This document shows, piece after piece, positions 49,687 through 60,796 of a stretch of DNA of 64,000 nt. The stretch comes from Pseudomonadales bacterium. GTDB lineage: Bacteria > Pseudomonadota > Gammaproteobacteria > Pseudomonadales > Azotimanducaceae. Where the stretch lies: assembly GCA_022827245.1 (NCBI GenBank), contig JAJDTI010000076.1:13198-77197 (forward strand), written 5' to 3'. Within the stretch, counting starts at the first letter, position 1, and each line of letters starts with the position of its first letter. The notes beneath the pieces are model-generated. The model had not been told where the DNA came from. It saw only the letters and a program-made list of their open reading frames with translations, and did not search any database. The translations under genes were made by a program, and so were the position numbers.

Positions 49687-51183
49687 TCAAAGCAGGCGCT
49701 TGCGCTGGCTGGAAGGCGGCATGGACATCGACTCCCGGTACTTGGCGATCGTGCGTCGCGCCACGGAGATGTTCCGCTCCGACAGCAGCGTCGCGATGCG
49801 GCTGTCCGACAGTGGCTTCCTGGGATCCTCGTCCGCGACCAGCCGGCGGATGAGCGCGCGGATCGCCGTACTCGACACCTCGCCTCCCGTCAGCGTCCCG
49901 ACGTGGCTGGAGAAGAAGTACTTCAGCTCGAAGATGCCGCGCGGGGTGTGCAGATACTTCCGTGTCGTCACGCGCGAAATGGTGGACTCGTGCATGCCCA
50001 CCGCGTGGGCGATCTCGGCGAGTCCAAGCGGCACCATCGCCTCGTCGCCATGTTCGAGGAAGGCGCGCTGGAACTCCACGATCTTCGATGCGACCGCCAG
50101 CAGCGTGTCCCCCCGGTTGCGCAGGCTCTTCACGAACCAGCGGGCTTCACGCAGGTTGTCCCGCAGGAACGTGTTGTCCGGACTGTTGTCGCCGCGGCGG
50201 ACGAGGCACGCGTAGTCGCCGTTGATCCGCACCCGCGGCAGGGCGTCGGGATTCAGCTCGACGATCCAGCGGTCGCCGTCCCTGCGCACGAAGACGTCCG
50301 GCTCGACATACTCCCCCTCGAAGTCGCCCACCGCGGAACCCGGACGCGGATGCAGCGAGCGCACCAGTTCCAGTGCGGCCCTGAGCGCGGCGTCGGGCAA
50401 CTTCGACCGGCGCGCCAGGGCTGCGTAGTCCCGCGCCGCCAGCACATCGAAACAGTCCTCGAGCAGCGCGCGCGCGACCTCCCGATGGGGCGTGTCCGGG
50501 GGCAGTTCCGCCAACTGCAGGAGCAGGCACTCGCGCAGGTCCCGCGCCCCTACCCCCGCGGGCTCGAACTGCTGCACGAGCTTCAGCATGGCTTCGACTT
50601 CGTCGACCCCGACGGCCAGGTCGGAGGCGATGTCGCCCACGTCCGCCGTGAGCATGCCGTCCGCGTCGATCGCGTGGACCAGCGCCGTGCAGATGACCCG
50701 GTCCCGCGTCGAGACCGGGGCGAGATTGAGCTGCCAGAGGAGGGAGTCCGTCAGCGACTCGCCGCCGCCGGCGAACTCCCGCTCCCGCTCGGGGGATACC
50801 GGCCCCGCCAGCGGCGGCGCCTGGTAGATGTCGTCCCAGCTCGTGTCGACGGGAAGCTCCCCCGGGATCTCGGGGCTTGCGAAGGAGACCTCCTCCGACG
50901 GGCCCTGCCCCCAGTCCGCGTCCGGAGGGTCGTCCTCGTCCCACGCCTCTTCCCGCGCCTCCTCCGCCGCCTCGTAGTCGTCCGCCTCCTCGCCGTTCTC
51001 CCCGCCCTCGTCCGCGTCGGAGTCCGTCTCTTCCGGATAGTCGAGCATCGGGTTCGTCTCGATGGCTTCCCGGACTTCCTGGGCGAGCTCGACCGACGAG
51101 AGCTGCATCAGGCGTATCGCCTGCTGGAGCTGCGGCGTCATCGTGACCTGCTGGCCGACCCTGAGGGACAGCGCGGGCTTCAT
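49687..51183 (-). CDS. rpoN: RNA polymerase sigma-54
   Basis: 498 aa. N-terminal 'LRVGQQVTMTPQLQQAIRLMQLS' and RpoN box 'ARRTIAKYRE'. Confidence 0.97.
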   Translation of the reverse strand: MKPALSLRVGQQVTMTPQLQQAIRLMQLSSVELAQEVREAIETNPMLDYPEETDSDADEGGENGEEADDYEAAEEAREEAWDEDDPPDADWGQGPSEEVSFASPEIPGELPVDTSWDDIYQAPPLAGPVSPEREREFAGGGESLTDSLLWQLNLAPVSTRDRVICTALVHAIDADGMLTADVGDIASDLAVGVDEVEAMLKLVQQFEPAGVGARDLRECLLLQLAELPPDTPHREVARALLEDCFDVLAARDYAALARRSKLPDAALRAALELVRSLHPRPGSAVGDFEGEYVEPDVFVRRDGDRWIVELNPDALPRVRINGDYACLVRRGDNSPDNTFLRDNLREARWFVKSLRNRGDTLLAVASKIVEFQRAFLEHGDEAMVPLGLAEIAHAVGMHESTISRVTTRKYLHTPRGIFELKYFFSSHVGTLTGGEVSSTAIRALIRRLVADEDPRKPLSDSRIATLLSERNISVARRTIAKYRESMSMPPSSQRKRLL

Positions 51184-51269
51184 CGGTCGTATCCGGAATC
51201 TCGTGGTGTGCGGCAGTTTCCCGAACTTCGCACCCGTACGGCAAGTTTGGCCGCGCGGTGACCGCGCCG

Positions 51270-52010
51270 CTAGAGCTCGAAGCGCTCGCCGAGGTACACC
51301 CGCCGGACGGTCTCGTTCGAGAGGATGGCCTCCGCGTCACCCTCGGCGATGATGTGCCCTTCGTTGACGATGTAGGCGCGGTCGCAGATATCGAGCGTTT
51401 CGCGGACGTTGTGGTCCGTGATGAGGACCCCGATCTGCCGATTCGCGAGACCCTGGATCTCACGCTTGAGATCGTCCACCGAGATCGGGTCGATGCCGGC
51501 GAAGGGCTCGTCCAGGAGGATGAACGCGGGCTCGCCTGCGAGCGCGCGGGCAATCTCCAGCCGGCGGCGCTCGCCGCCCGAGAGCCGCTCGCCGAGCGTC
51601 GCGCGGATGTCGTTCAGGCGGAACTCCTCCGCCAGACGGTCCACCAGGCGCCGGCGTTCCTCGCGGCCGAGGTCGCGCCGCAGCTCGGCGATCGCGTTGA
51701 GGTTGTCCTCCACCGACAGCCGCCGGAACACGCTCGCCTCCTGGGGCAGGTAGCCGATGCCGGCGCGCGCCCGGTCGTGCATCGCCGCCCGGCTGAGGTC
51801 GGCGCCGTCCAGCAGGATCGTGCCCGCGTCCATGCGGACGAGCCCCACGATCATGTAGAAGCACGTCGTCTTGCCGGCGCCGTTCGGCCCGAGCAACCCC
51901 ACGATCTCGCCGCTCGCGAGGCGCAGGGTGACGTCGTCCACGACCGTGCGGTCGCGGTAGCGCTTGCGGAGGCCGTTGGCGGAGAGTTCAGCCACCGGCG
52001 CCGCCGGCAT
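51270..52010 (-). CDS. lptB: LPS export ABC transporter ATP-binding protein LptB
   Basis: 'GPNGAGKTT', '[15 protein letters not shown]', 'ILLDEPFAG'. An alternative GTG start lies at 51995. Confidence 0.95.
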   Translation of the reverse strand: MPAAPVAELSANGLRKRYRDRTVVDDVTLRLASGEIVGLLGPNGAGKTTCFYMIVGLVRMDAGTILLDGADLSRAAMHDRARAGIGYLPQEASVFRRLSVEDNLNAIAELRRDLGREERRRLVDRLAEEFRLNDIRATLGERLSGGERRRLEIARALAGEPAFILLDEPFAGIDPISVDDLKREIQGLANRQIGVLITDHNVRETLDICDRAYIVNEGHIIAEGDAEAILSNETVRRVYLGERFEL

Positions 52011-52584
52011 CCCGCTCCGGCTGCCAGATCATCTCCACGCTGCCGTCGCCGTCGCCCGCCGCGTCGATGCGCCCTTCCCGCACGTCGTAGTGGATGACCT
52101 CGCCGCGAAACTCGTTCGGCTCCTGTGCAAGGTACGCCCGGCCCAGCAGCTCCACGCGTTCCTCCACCGCGTGGTAGACGATCCGCTCGGCATCCGCTTC
52201 GACCGGCCCGGCGTCCGGCCGGGGTCGCTGCCGGTAGCGGGCGGGAGCGCCCTCCGCCGTGATGCGCACCACCCGGTCCCCGTCGTACTCGATCACCATG
52301 CGATCGGCCTCGACGCGTAGCGTGCCCTGTTCCATGCGGACGTTGCCGGTCAGGATGGTGCGTCCCGTGGCGTCGCCCTCCGCGTGGTCCGCGCGCCAGT
52401 GAATGGGCTGTTCCGCATCCGGACCCGGAGCCGCTTCCTGCAATGGCTCCCCCGCTTCCCCCGCCCAGGCAGCGGCCCACAGCAGCAGTGTCGCCGCGAA
52501 TGCGGTCGCCGCGAATGCGGTCGTGGGATACAGCAAAGGCTTCACATCTGGCGCCCGGTGTCGTTGCCCCGCGCTCTCGCTCAT
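51988..52584 (-). CDS. lptA: LPS transport periplasmic protein LptA
   Basis: OstA-like: '[22 protein letters not shown]' and 'LLGRAYLAQ'. Sits between lptC and lptB. The start is uncertain (ATG 52584 or a downstream GTG). Confidence 0.85.
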   Translation of the reverse strand: MSESAGQRHRAPDVKPLLYPTTAFAATAFAATLLLWAAAWAGEAGEPLQEAAPGPDAEQPIHWRADHAEGDATGRTILTGNVRMEQGTLRVEADRMVIEYDGDRVVRITAEGAPARYRQRPRPDAGPVEADAERIVYHAVEERVELLGRAYLAQEPNEFRGEVIHYDVREGRIDAAGDGDGSVEMIWQPERDAGGAGG

Positions 52585-52600
52585 GTCGACGCTCGGCTGC

Positions 52601-53209
52601 TCAAGGGTCGCCGTCGCCGGGGCGCGGCGCGGCGACGATGTGGACGCGTTGCCCGGGCGCGGACGACAGGCGCATCCACCCGCGTTCCAGGTCGCCTTCG
52701 AAGCCCGCCGCAGTGCCGCGTCGGCCGGGCGCCTCGATCATAACAGGCCGGTCCGTACGGGCGTATTGACGCTCCGGGTAGACGTAGAGCGAGGCGGTGT
52801 TGACGACCAGCGCGCCGCCGTCGCCGAGGTCGCGCCGCAGGACGACGTTCTCGCGCAGCAGCAGTTGTTCTTCGGGCGCTCCCGAGGGTCCGGCTACGGT
52901 CCGCAGCACGCCGCGCTCGGCCGAGACGCGCCAGGGCGGCTCCGCCAGCGGAAAGAGGTCGAGCACCGGGCCCGCAAGCCTGGCAAGTCCCTGCCGCTCG
53001 TACTGCCGGATCTCGTCGGACGCGATCCGGTAACGCAGGGCGCCGTCCTCCCGGAACTGCGTGATCACCGCCCCGTCGATGTAGACATCCGGTTCGTCCC
53101 GGAGTTCCGGAGGCAGGTCCGGCGCCGGCCGATCGTCGGCCTGCAGGAACACCAGCGCAAAGACGAACGCCGCCGCGAATCCGCCGCCCCAGTGCCACCG
53201 TTTCTTCAT
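52601..53209 (-). CDS. lptC: LPS export system protein LptC
   Basis: 202 aa with an N-terminal anchor. Position upstream of lptA fits. Confidence 0.8.
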   Translation of the reverse strand: MKKRWHWGGGFAAAFVFALVFLQADDRPAPDLPPELRDEPDVYIDGAVITQFREDGALRYRIASDEIRQYERQGLARLAGPVLDLFPLAEPPWRVSAERGVLRTVAGPSGAPEEQLLLRENVVLRRDLGDGGALVVNTASLYVYPERQYARTDRPVMIEAPGRRGTAAGFEGDLERGWMRLSSAPGQRVHIVAAPRPGDGDP

Positions 53210-53224
53210 GTGGAGGAGGGCCGG

Positions 53225-53812
53225 CTACCGCGCCCCGGACCCGCGGGCCCCGACCAACGCATCGCGCCAGAGGCCCCGCGCGACCAGGATCAGGTGGCAG
53301 ACCTCGCGTACCGCCCCCGCCCCCGCCGCCGTCGCGGTCACGTAGTCGGCCTCGGCCGCCACCGCCGGGTGCGCGCCCGGCACGCTGACCCGGAAGCCGA
53401 CGCGATCGAACAGTGCCAGGTCCGGGATGTCGTCACCCACGTGCGCCATGCGTTCCGGCGGGACTCCCGTGGCGCGGCGCAGCGCCTCAAGCGCCCGCGC
53501 CTTGTCCTCGGCTCCCTGGTGGACGTGGGCGATGTCGAGTTCCCCCGCGCGCCGCGCGACCGCCGCGGAGTCCCGCCCCGAGATGATCGCCACCGGTACC
53601 CCGGCCCCCTGCAGCATCTTGATGGCCGCTCCATCCTGCGCGTGGAAGGCCTTGGTCTCGACACCGCCGTCCGAGTAGTTCAGGCGGCCGTCGGTGAGGA
53701 CGCCGTCGACGTCGAGGATCAGCAGCTCGACCTCCCGCGCGCCGGCCAATGCCTCGGACGGGAACGCGGCGGGACTCGGATCTTTTGCGGTCACGCCTGC
53801 TCTCGCGGTCAC
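53225..53812 (-). CDS. kdsC: 3-deoxy-D-manno-octulosonate 8-phosphate phosphatase
   Basis: HAD motif 'LILDVDGVLTDG', then 'GDDIPDL'. The GTG at 53812 forms a GTGA overlap with the yrbG stop; an alternative GTG lies at 53794. Confidence 0.85.
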   Translation of the reverse strand: MTARAGVTAKDPSPAAFPSEALAGAREVELLILDVDGVLTDGRLNYSDGGVETKAFHAQDGAAIKMLQGAGVPVAIISGRDSAAVARRAGELDIAHVHQGAEDKARALEALRRATGVPPERMAHVGDDIPDLALFDRVGFRVSVPGAHPAVAAEADYVTATAAGAGAVREVCHLILVARGLWRDALVGARGSGAR

Positions 53813-54771
53813 GCCTGGTGGTAGAGCAGCACCATGTACCCGATCCACGCCAGCACCATCACGGAGCCCTCGAAGCGCGTGATCGTCGGCCGCGAGCCGA
53901 TCGCGTACGCGAACAGGACGAGCAGCGCCGTCAGCGCCGCCATCATCCCGAAGTCGCGCCACAGGACGTGCGCCTCGATCCCCACCGGGTGGACCAGCGC
54001 GGGGACGGCCATCACCGCCAGGATGTTGAGGATGTTCGACCCGACGACGTTGCCGATCGCGATGTCCGGGTGCCCCTTGAGCGCGGCGCTGAGCGTGGCG
54101 GCCAGTTCCGGCAGGCTGGTGCCCACGGCCACGACCGTCAGTCCGATGACCAGTTCGCTGACGCCGAGCAGGCGCGCGATCTCGGTGGCGGCCCACACGA
54201 GGATCCACGCCGCCGCCAGCAGGACCGCCAGGCCGATCGCCGTCCAGAGCAACGCGCGGGCCGTGGTCATGCTCGGCAGTTCCTCGAGTTCCTCCTCGAG
54301 CGTCTCGCGGATCCCGTGCGCCGCCCCCCGCTGCTTGCGCATGAGGCGATGCATCACGAGCCAGAGCCCGGCGAGCAGGACCAGACCGTCGAACGTGCCG
54401 AGCCAGAGGTCGAAGAGGCAGATCAGTGCGAGGAGCGTCGCCGCGATGAGCCAGGGCAACTCCAGCTTGAGCACGCCCGGGGCGAACGGCAGGGGCGCGA
54501 CCATCGCCGTCACGCCAAGGACGAGCCCGACGTTCGCGATGTTCGAACCGATCGCGTTCCCGATCGCGAGGGAAGACGACTCCTCGAGCGCCGCCGCGAG
54601 GGCGACCAGGATCTCGGGGGCCGAGGTGCCCACCGAAACCACCGTGAGACCGATGAGGACCTTGGAGACGTTGAGATTGCTGGCGGTGGCCGCCGCCCCG
54701 GAGACGAACCGGTCGGCGCTCCAGATCAGGGCGACGAACCCGACGATCAATGCCAGGATCGGGAGCCACAT
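53809..54771 (-). CDS. yrbG: Ca2+/Na+ antiporter family protein (CaCA, YrbG)
   Basis: 320 aa with two alpha-repeats: 'GTSAPEILVALAA..GNAIGSNIANVGLVLG' and 'GTSLPELAATLSAALKGHPDIAIGNVVGSNILNI'. Confidence 0.9.
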   Translation of the reverse strand: MWLPILALIVGFVALIWSADRFVSGAAATASNLNVSKVLIGLTVVSVGTSAPEILVALAAALEESSSLAIGNAIGSNIANVGLVLGVTAMVAPLPFAPGVLKLELPWLIAATLLALICLFDLWLGTFDGLVLLAGLWLVMHRLMRKQRGAAHGIRETLEEELEELPSMTTARALLWTAIGLAVLLAAAWILVWAATEIARLLGVSELVIGLTVVAVGTSLPELAATLSAALKGHPDIAIGNVVGSNILNILAVMAVPALVHPVGIEAHVLWRDFGMMAALTALLVLFAYAIGSRPTITRFEGSVMVLAWIGYMVLLYHQA

Positions 54772-55122
54772 CGGGGCGGGCCGGCTCGGGAACTGTCCTG
54801 TCGATCAAGCATTGCTACGCCGCGCGACGACGTCAAACGACCAGCGGAACACGGGCCGCGCACACAGAGTCCTCACGATCGGGCACCGCTCACCATTTTC
54901 TCCAGTATCGCTGCGCTTTCGTGCGTTACCGTCGCACCTTGAAGCACTGCCGTCGCCGCTACGGAAGGGCGTGTGGCGTCGTGCCGCCGAGTCCGGCGAC
55001 CGCGTCCCGCGCCCCCGGCCGCTGCCGCGGCATGTTAACGTGAATCGGCCGCCGCCAAGGAGCTTGCGCCGCAAGGCGGACCATCCGGGGGACGGCCCGG
55101 GGACAGCCGGAAACGGGAACGC

Positions 55123-55383
55123 ATGAAGGAATCCATCGCGGGGCTCGTGCAGGATCACCTCGAGGACGCCGAGGTCGAGGTGCACGCCGAAGGCAATCAC
55201 TTCCAGGTGGCCGTCGTCAGTCCGGCATTCAGCGGGTTGAGCCGCGTGCGCCGCCAGCAGCTCGTCTACCAGGCCATCGGGGAACTGATCCGCGACGGCT
55301 CGGTCCACGCGGTGACCATCCGCGCGGCCACACCCGAGGAGGCCCTCGGGTCCCGCGGTTCGGATCCCGACGCGGGCGGCTGA
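55123..55383 (+). CDS. ibaG: BolA-family protein (IbaG/YrbA)
   Basis: 86 aa. '[27 protein letters not shown]'. Lies immediately upstream of murA. Confidence 0.85.
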   Translation: MKESIAGLVQDHLEDAEVEVHAEGNHFQVAVVSPAFSGLSRVRRQQLVYQAIGELIRDGSVHAVTIRAATPEEALGSRGSDPDAGG

Positions 55384-55397
55384 CCGGGGCGGCGACC

Positions 55398-56675
55398 TTG
55401 GACAAGCTGGTCATTCGCGGCGGGACACCGCTCGCCGGAGAGTTGACGGTCTCCGGCGCCAAGAACTCCGTGCTGCCCATACTGGCGGCGGCACTGCTCG
55501 CCGAGGCGCCCGTGCGCATCCACAACGTGCCCCGGCTCCGGGACGTGACGACGATGATCGCCCTGCTGCGCAATCTCGGGGCCGACGTTGCCGGGGAAGA
55601 CACCACCGTCGAAGTCACCCAGTCCGGAGTGTCCCGCTTCCGCGCACCCTACGAACTGGTCAAGACGATGCGGGCGTCGTTCCTGCTCATGGGGCCCCTC
55701 CTCGCGCGTTTCGGTCGCGCGGAGGTCTCCCTGCCCGGCGGGTGCGCCATCGGCCCGCGACCGGTCGACCAGCACCTCAAGGGATTCGAGGCGCTCGGCG
55801 CGCAAGTAGAACTGGAGGACGGCTACGTCAAGGCGCGCGCCCCGCGGGGGCTGCGCGGCTGCAGGATCGTGCTCGACGTCCCCACCGTCGGCGGCACCGA
55901 GAACCTGCTCATGGCCGCGACGCTCGCCCTCGGAACGACCAGGATCGAGAACGCCGCGCGGGAACCCGAGATCGTCGACCTGGCCACCTGCCTCGTCGCC
56001 ATGGGCGCCCGCATTCACGGGCACGGCACGCCCGTCATCGAGATCGAGGGGGTACCGGCCCTCCGGGGCTGCCAGCACCGGGTCATGCCGGACCGGGTCG
56101 AAGCGGGCACGTACCTGATCGCCGCCGCCGCGACCCGGGGCAACGTGCGGCTGCTGAACGGGCAACCGTCCTCCCTGCGCGCCGTCCTGCAGAAGCTCGA
56201 GGACGCCGGCGCCGCGATCGAAACCGAGCCCGCTCGGATCGCGCTCGACATGCACGGCGAGAGACCGAAGGCGGTGGACATCGAGACCGCCCCGTATCCC
56301 GGCTTCCCCACCGACATGCAGGCACAGTTCCTGGCGATGAACACGGTGGCACGCGGCACCAGCCGGGTGGTCGAGACCATCTTCGAGAACCGCTTCATGC
56401 ACCTCAACGAACTGTCGCGGCTCGGCGCGGACGCACGGCTCGAGGGCAAGCGGACCGCCGTCGTACGCGGCGTGGCGCGGTTGCGGGGCGCGCCCGTGAT
56501 GGCGACCGACCTGCGGGCGTCCTTCGGGCTCGTGGTCGGCGCGCTGGTCGCCCGCGGCGCTACGGTGATCGACCGCATCTACCACATCGACCGCGGCTAC
56601 GAGGGCATCGAGCGGAAGCTCGCCGCGCTCGGCGCGGACGTACGCCGCGTCTCGGGGGACCGGTCCACGCCGTGA
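55398..56675 (+). CDS. murA: UDP-N-acetylglucosamine 1-carboxyvinyltransferase
   Basis: 425 aa, TTG start ('LDKLVIRGG...[12 protein letters not shown]'). '[11 protein letters not shown]' carries the active-site Cys. Confidence 0.96.
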   Translation: MDKLVIRGGTPLAGELTVSGAKNSVLPILAAALLAEAPVRIHNVPRLRDVTTMIALLRNLGADVAGEDTTVEVTQSGVSRFRAPYELVKTMRASFLLMGPLLARFGRAEVSLPGGCAIGPRPVDQHLKGFEALGAQVELEDGYVKARAPRGLRGCRIVLDVPTVGGTENLLMAATLALGTTRIENAAREPEIVDLATCLVAMGARIHGHGTPVIEIEGVPALRGCQHRVMPDRVEAGTYLIAAAATRGNVRLLNGQPSSLRAVLQKLEDAGAAIETEPARIALDMHGERPKAVDIETAPYPGFPTDMQAQFLAMNTVARGTSRVVETIFENRFMHLNELSRLGADARLEGKRTAVVRGVARLRGAPVMATDLRASFGLVVGALVARGATVIDRIYHIDRGYEGIERKLAALGADVRRVSGDRSTP

Positions 56676-57982
56676 CCGGGATCGCCCGTCTCGATACACG
56701 CGCGGCGGACTTCGACGCCGCCCTCGCGCGGCTCGGCTACTGGGATACCTCCAACGACGTGGCGGTCGAGCGCGCGGTCGCGGACATCCTCGGCGCGGTG
56801 CGGGAGCGGGGCGACGCCGCCGTGCTGGAGTACACGCTGCGCTTCGACGGCCTCGACGCCGACAGCCTCGCGGAGCTGAGCCTCGACGCCGCGAGCCTCG
56901 CGGAGGCCCATGGCCGGCTGCCCCGCGCCGACCGCGATGCGCTCGACGACGCCGCGGGGCGTATCCGCGACTTCCACGAACGCCAGCTCGAGGAAGTCGC
57001 GTCATTCGACTACGACGACGGTCTCGGCAACCGGCTCGGCCAGCGCGTCGTACCGCTCGACCGCGTGGGCGTCTACGTCCCGGGCGGTCAGGCGGCGTAT
57101 CCGTCCACCGCGCTGATGACCCTCGTCCCCGCACGCGTCGCGGGGGTCGGACAGCGCATCGTCGTGGTCCCCACCCCCGGCGGCCAACACAGCGACCACG
57201 TCCTGGCGGCGCTCCACGTCGGCGGCGCCAACCTCGTCTTCACGATCGGCGGCGCCCAGGCGATCGGGGCGCTGGCCTACGGCACGGCCACGATCCCGAG
57301 GGTGGACAAGATCGTGGGACCCGGCGGCGCCTACGTGGCCGCCGCGAAGCGGCAGGTGTTCGGACCGGTCGGCATCGACAGCATCGCCGGGCCCAGCGAG
57401 GTCGTCATCGTCGCCGACGGCACCGTGCCGACCCGCTGGACCGCCCTCGATCTCTTTTCCCAGGCGGAACATGACGCGGCGGCGCAGGCCATCCTGCTCT
57501 CTCCTGACGCGCAATATCTCGACGCGGTAGCCGGGCAGATGGAAGCCCTGCTGCCAGAAATGTCCCGCCGCTCCGTGATCGCCGCGTCCCTGGACGCCCG
57601 CGGCGCGCTCATCCGAACGCGCGACCTCGACGAAGCCGTCGACGTCGCGAACCGGCTGGCGCCCGAGCACCTGCAGCTCGCCGTGGAGGACCCGGACGCC
57701 CTCCTGCCCGGGGTGCGGCACGCCGGCGCGATCTTCCTCGGCGGGCACGCCGCCGAGGCGCTCGGCGACTACAGCGCCGGGCCAAGCCACGTGCTGCCCA
57801 CCTTCGGCACCGCGCGCTACGCATCGCCGCTGGGGGTGAACGATTTCCGCAAGCGCAGCTCCGTGATCGGCGTCTCGGCCGCCGGGGCCCCCGCGCTGGC
57901 CCGTACCGCCGCCGCCATCGCGAGGACGGAGGGTCTCGAGGCGCACGCCCTGTCCGCCCTTGCACGCCTCGAGGACGTCTGA
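56672..57982 (+). CDS. hisD: Histidinol dehydrogenase
   Basis: GTG at 56672 (GTGA overlap with the murA stop). '[16 protein letters not shown]', 'SQAEHD', '[13 protein letters not shown]'. 436 aa. Confidence 0.93.
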   Translation: MTGIARLDTRAADFDAALARLGYWDTSNDVAVERAVADILGAVRERGDAAVLEYTLRFDGLDADSLAELSLDAASLAEAHGRLPRADRDALDDAAGRIRDFHERQLEEVASFDYDDGLGNRLGQRVVPLDRVGVYVPGGQAAYPSTALMTLVPARVAGVGQRIVVVPTPGGQHSDHVLAALHVGGANLVFTIGGAQAIGALAYGTATIPRVDKIVGPGGAYVAAAKRQVFGPVGIDSIAGPSEVVIVADGTVPTRWTALDLFSQAEHDAAAQAILLSPDAQYLDAVAGQMEALLPEMSRRSVIAASLDARGALIRTRDLDEAVDVANRLAPEHLQLAVEDPDALLPGVRHAGAIFLGGHAAEALGDYSAGPSHVLPTFGTARYASPLGVNDFRKRSSVIGVSAAGAPALARTAAAIARTEGLEAHALSALARLEDV

Positions 57983-58016
57983 GCTTCTTCCGCGCGGTAA
58001 CCGTGGCCCGGCACGC

Positions 58017-59126
58017 ATGACGGTTCCGACCGCCGCGCACGAGCGGAACCTCGCCGTGCGCCGTTTCCGCCGCGATCCGGCACAGGACGGGGCACTGCGC
58101 GAGCTCGACGCACTGCACCGCCGGCTCGTGCGGGCGCACGGGCAACCGTCCGGCCCGTTGCGCCCGTTGCGCGAGACGCTCGCGGCGCTGCTCCGGCGCC
58201 GGACGCCGCCGGTCGACGGACTGTACCTCTGGGGCGGCGTCGGTCGCGGCAAGACGTACCTGATGGACCTGTTCTTCGAGTGCCTTCCCTTCGAGGCCAA
58301 GCTCCGTCTCCACTTCCACCGCTTCATGCTGCGCGTACACAACGACCTGCGCCGCATGGCCGGCGTGCCGAATCCCCTGCAGCGCGTCGCGGACGGCATG
58401 GCCGATGAGGCGGCGGTGCTCTGCTTCGACGAGTTCCACGTCTCCGACATCGGCGACGCGATGATCCTGGGCGAGCTGGTGGGCGCGCTGTTCGACCGCG
58501 GCGTGACGCTGGTCTGCACCTCCAACGTCGAGCCCCGGCGCCTCTACGAGAACGGGCTGCAACGGCGGCGCTTCCTGCCGGCCATCGAGCGCATCGAGAC
58601 GCGGATGCAGGTGCTGCATCTCGATGGCGGCACCGATCACCGGCTGCACGTGCTGTCGGACGCCGACACCTATCAGTCGCCGCTCTCCGACACGGCGGAA
58701 GCGCGGCTCGCGGAGTGTTTCGCGGCCCTGGCGCCCCAGCCCCCCAGGGAGGCGGAGCGGCTCGAGGTGAACGGGCGCGAGATACGGACGCGGCGGCGCA
58801 CCGACGACGTGGCCTGGTTCGACTTCTCCGAACTCTGCGAGGGGCCGCGCAGCCAGAACGATTACGTCGAGCTGTCGCGGGAGTTTCACGCGGTCGTCCT
58901 GAGCGCCGTGCCGGTGTTCGACCGGGGGCGCGAGGACGCGGCACGACGCTTCATCGGACTGATCGACGAACTGTACGACCGCAACGTCAAGCTCGTGCTT
59001 TCCGCACAGGCGGCCATCGGGGACCTCTACCAGGGCGAGCGCCTGCGCACGGAGTTCGACCGGACCGCCAGCCGCCTCCGCGAGATGCAGTCCCTGGAGT
59101 ACCTCGGCCGCTCGCACAAACCTTGA
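58017..59126 (+). CDS. zapE: Cell division protein ZapE (AFG1-like ATPase)
   Basis: ATG at 58017. Walker A '[14 protein letters not shown]' and Walker B 'LCFDEFHV'. 369 aa. Confidence 0.88.
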   Translation: MTVPTAAHERNLAVRRFRRDPAQDGALRELDALHRRLVRAHGQPSGPLRPLRETLAALLRRRTPPVDGLYLWGGVGRGKTYLMDLFFECLPFEAKLRLHFHRFMLRVHNDLRRMAGVPNPLQRVADGMADEAAVLCFDEFHVSDIGDAMILGELVGALFDRGVTLVCTSNVEPRRLYENGLQRRRFLPAIERIETRMQVLHLDGGTDHRLHVLSDADTYQSPLSDTAEARLAECFAALAPQPPREAERLEVNGREIRTRRRTDDVAWFDFSELCEGPRSQNDYVELSREFHAVVLSAVPVFDRGREDAARRFIGLIDELYDRNVKLVLSAQAAIGDLYQGERLRTEFDRTASRLREMQSLEYLGRSHKP

Positions 59127-59152
59127 TCGCCCGCGCGCTCGTTCGATAGAAT
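59123..59152 (+). promoter_or_regulatory. Candidate sigma70 promoter for rplM-rpsI (TTGATC-N18-TAGAAT)
   Basis: -35 at 59123..59128 and -10 at 59147..59152, 30 nt upstream of the rplM ATG. Pattern match only. Confidence 0.4.
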
Positions 59153-59181
59153 CCGCGCGCTTCCTAGGCCGGATCCTCCGC

Positions 59182-59610
59182 ATGAAGACCGTCAGCACGC
59201 GTCCTCAGGATGTCGAGCGCGCGTGGTTTGTCATCGACGCCGAAAGCCAGGTCCTCGGCCGCCTCGCGACCGAGGTGGCGCGTCGTCTGCGGGGCAAGCA
59301 CAAGGCTGCCTACACGCCGCACGTGGACACCGGCGACTACATCGTGGTGGTCAATGCCGAGAAGGTGCGCGTGACGGGTAAGAAGGCCACCGACAAGACG
59401 TACTACCGCCACACGGGCTATCCCGGGGGCATCAAGGCGACGCGTTTCGAGAACATGATCGAGAAGCACCCGGAGCGAGTGATCGAGAAGGCGGTCAAGG
59501 GCATGCTGCCGCGCAATCCCCTCGCACGCGCCGCGTTCCGCAAGCTCAAGGTGTACGCGGGACCCGACCACCCGCATTCGGCGCAGCAACCGAGGTCGCT
59601 GGCGCTGTAG
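59182..59610 (+). CDS. rplM: 50S ribosomal protein L13
   Basis: 142 aa. '[25 protein letters not shown]'. Confidence 0.98.
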   Translation: MKTVSTRPQDVERAWFVIDAESQVLGRLATEVARRLRGKHKAAYTPHVDTGDYIVVVNAEKVRVTGKKATDKTYYRHTGYPGGIKATRFENMIEKHPERVIEKAVKGMLPRNPLARAAFRKLKVYAGPDHPHSAQQPRSLAL

Positions 59611-59679
59611 CGGCGCGGCTTCCCGCACGCAACCGCAGCGGTCATTCAGCGCAAGCAGCCCCGGTCTTCGAGGACGAGC

Positions 59680-60072
59680 ATGGCACAGGGACAGAATTAC
59701 GGCACCGGCCGTCGCAAGAGTTCCACCGCACGGGTTTTCATACGGCCGGGCAACGGTCGCATCCTGGTGAACGAGCGTCCCGTGGACGAGTATTTCGGAC
59801 GGGAAACCGCGCGGATGATCGTGCGGCAACCGCTGGAGGTCGCCGGGGCGCTGGACCGCTTCGACATCACCGTGACGGTGAAGGGAGGCGGTTCGTCCGG
59901 TCAGGCGGGCGCCATCCGGCACGGCATCGCCCGCGCCCTCGTGGACTACGACGAGACCCTGCGTTCGGACCTGCGGCAGGCCGGCTTCATCACGCGCGAC
60001 GCGCGGGAAGTGGAGCGCAAGAAGGTCGGGCTGCGCAAGGCGCGCAAGCGTCCGCAATACTCGAAGCGGTGA
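59680..60072 (+). CDS. rpsI: 30S ribosomal protein S9
   Basis: 130 aa. '[12 protein letters not shown]' and C-terminus '[12 protein letters not shown]'. Confidence 0.98.
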   Translation: MAQGQNYGTGRRKSSTARVFIRPGNGRILVNERPVDEYFGRETARMIVRQPLEVAGALDRFDITVTVKGGGSSGQAGAIRHGIARALVDYDETLRSDLRQAGFITRDAREVERKKVGLRKARKRPQYSKR

Positions 60073-60193
60073 TCCGGGACGGACGTTCACAGGTCGGTTG
60101 CCCGCCGCGCGTGACTACGCCTGGCGGCACACCTGAGACGCGACGACAGACGCGACAGACGCGACGAAAGCAGCACGGCGGGAGCAGCCTGTC

Positions 60194-60796
60194 TTGAGCG
60201 ACGACAGCATCAACACCGGACGCCGGTACTTCCTGATCGCCTCAACGTCGGCGGTGGCCGGCGTCGGCATGGTCGGCGCCGCCATACCCTTCGTCAAGGC
60301 CTGGACCCCGAGCGCCAAGGCCAGGGCGCTCGGCGCCCCGATCCGGGTCGACATCGGCAAGCTGCGGCCCGGAGAGATCCTCGGCCCGATCCCCGCCTGG
60401 CGGGGCCAACCGGTTTTCATCGTCTACCGGGCTTCGGAATCGGTCGAACTGCTCGCGTCCGACACGGCGGACCTCGCCGACCCGGACTCGGAGAACGCGG
60501 ACATGCAGCCCGACTACGCGCGCAACGCCTGGCGTTCCCGACGGCCCGAGATCGGCGTCTACGTCGGCCTCTGCACGCACCTCGGCTGCTCTCCCAAGTA
60601 CTACGGGGCGGTCCAGCCGGAGACTTTCGACCCGGATTGGCAGGGGGGTTTCTTCTGTCCCTGCCACGGGTCCCGGTTCGACCTGGCGGGACGGGTCGTC
60701 AAGAGCGTGCCGGCGCCCGACAACCTGCCCGTGCCGCCGTATTTCTTCGAGACGGACGACGTGATCGTCATCGGTGAGGACGAGGAGACCGCCTGA
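60194..60796 (+). CDS. petA: Ubiquinol-cytochrome c reductase Rieske iron-sulfur subunit
   Basis: TTG start. Tat-like 'GRRYFLI'. Rieske boxes 'CTHLGC' and 'CPCHGS'. 200 aa. Confidence 0.95.
   Translation: MSDDSINTGRRYFLIASTSAVAGVGMVGAAIPFVKAWTPSAKARALGAPIRVDIGKLRPGEILGPIPAWRGQPVFIVYRASESVELLASDTADLADPDSENADMQPDYARNAWRSRRPEIGVYVGLCTHLGCSPKYYGAVQPETFDPDWQGGFFCPCHGSRFDLAGRVVKSVPAPDNLPVPPYFFETDDVIVIGEDEETA

Noticed and set aside
55266-59198. Minus-strand ORFs 55266..57134, 57002..58525 and 57609..59198
   Set aside because: They are antisense to murA, hisD and zapE and are low-complexity Arg-rich translations.
60130-60165. Short 'AGACGCGAC' x3 repeat upstream of petA
   Set aside because: It is too short and imperfect to interpret, and is plausibly a chance low-complexity run in a GC-rich spacer.
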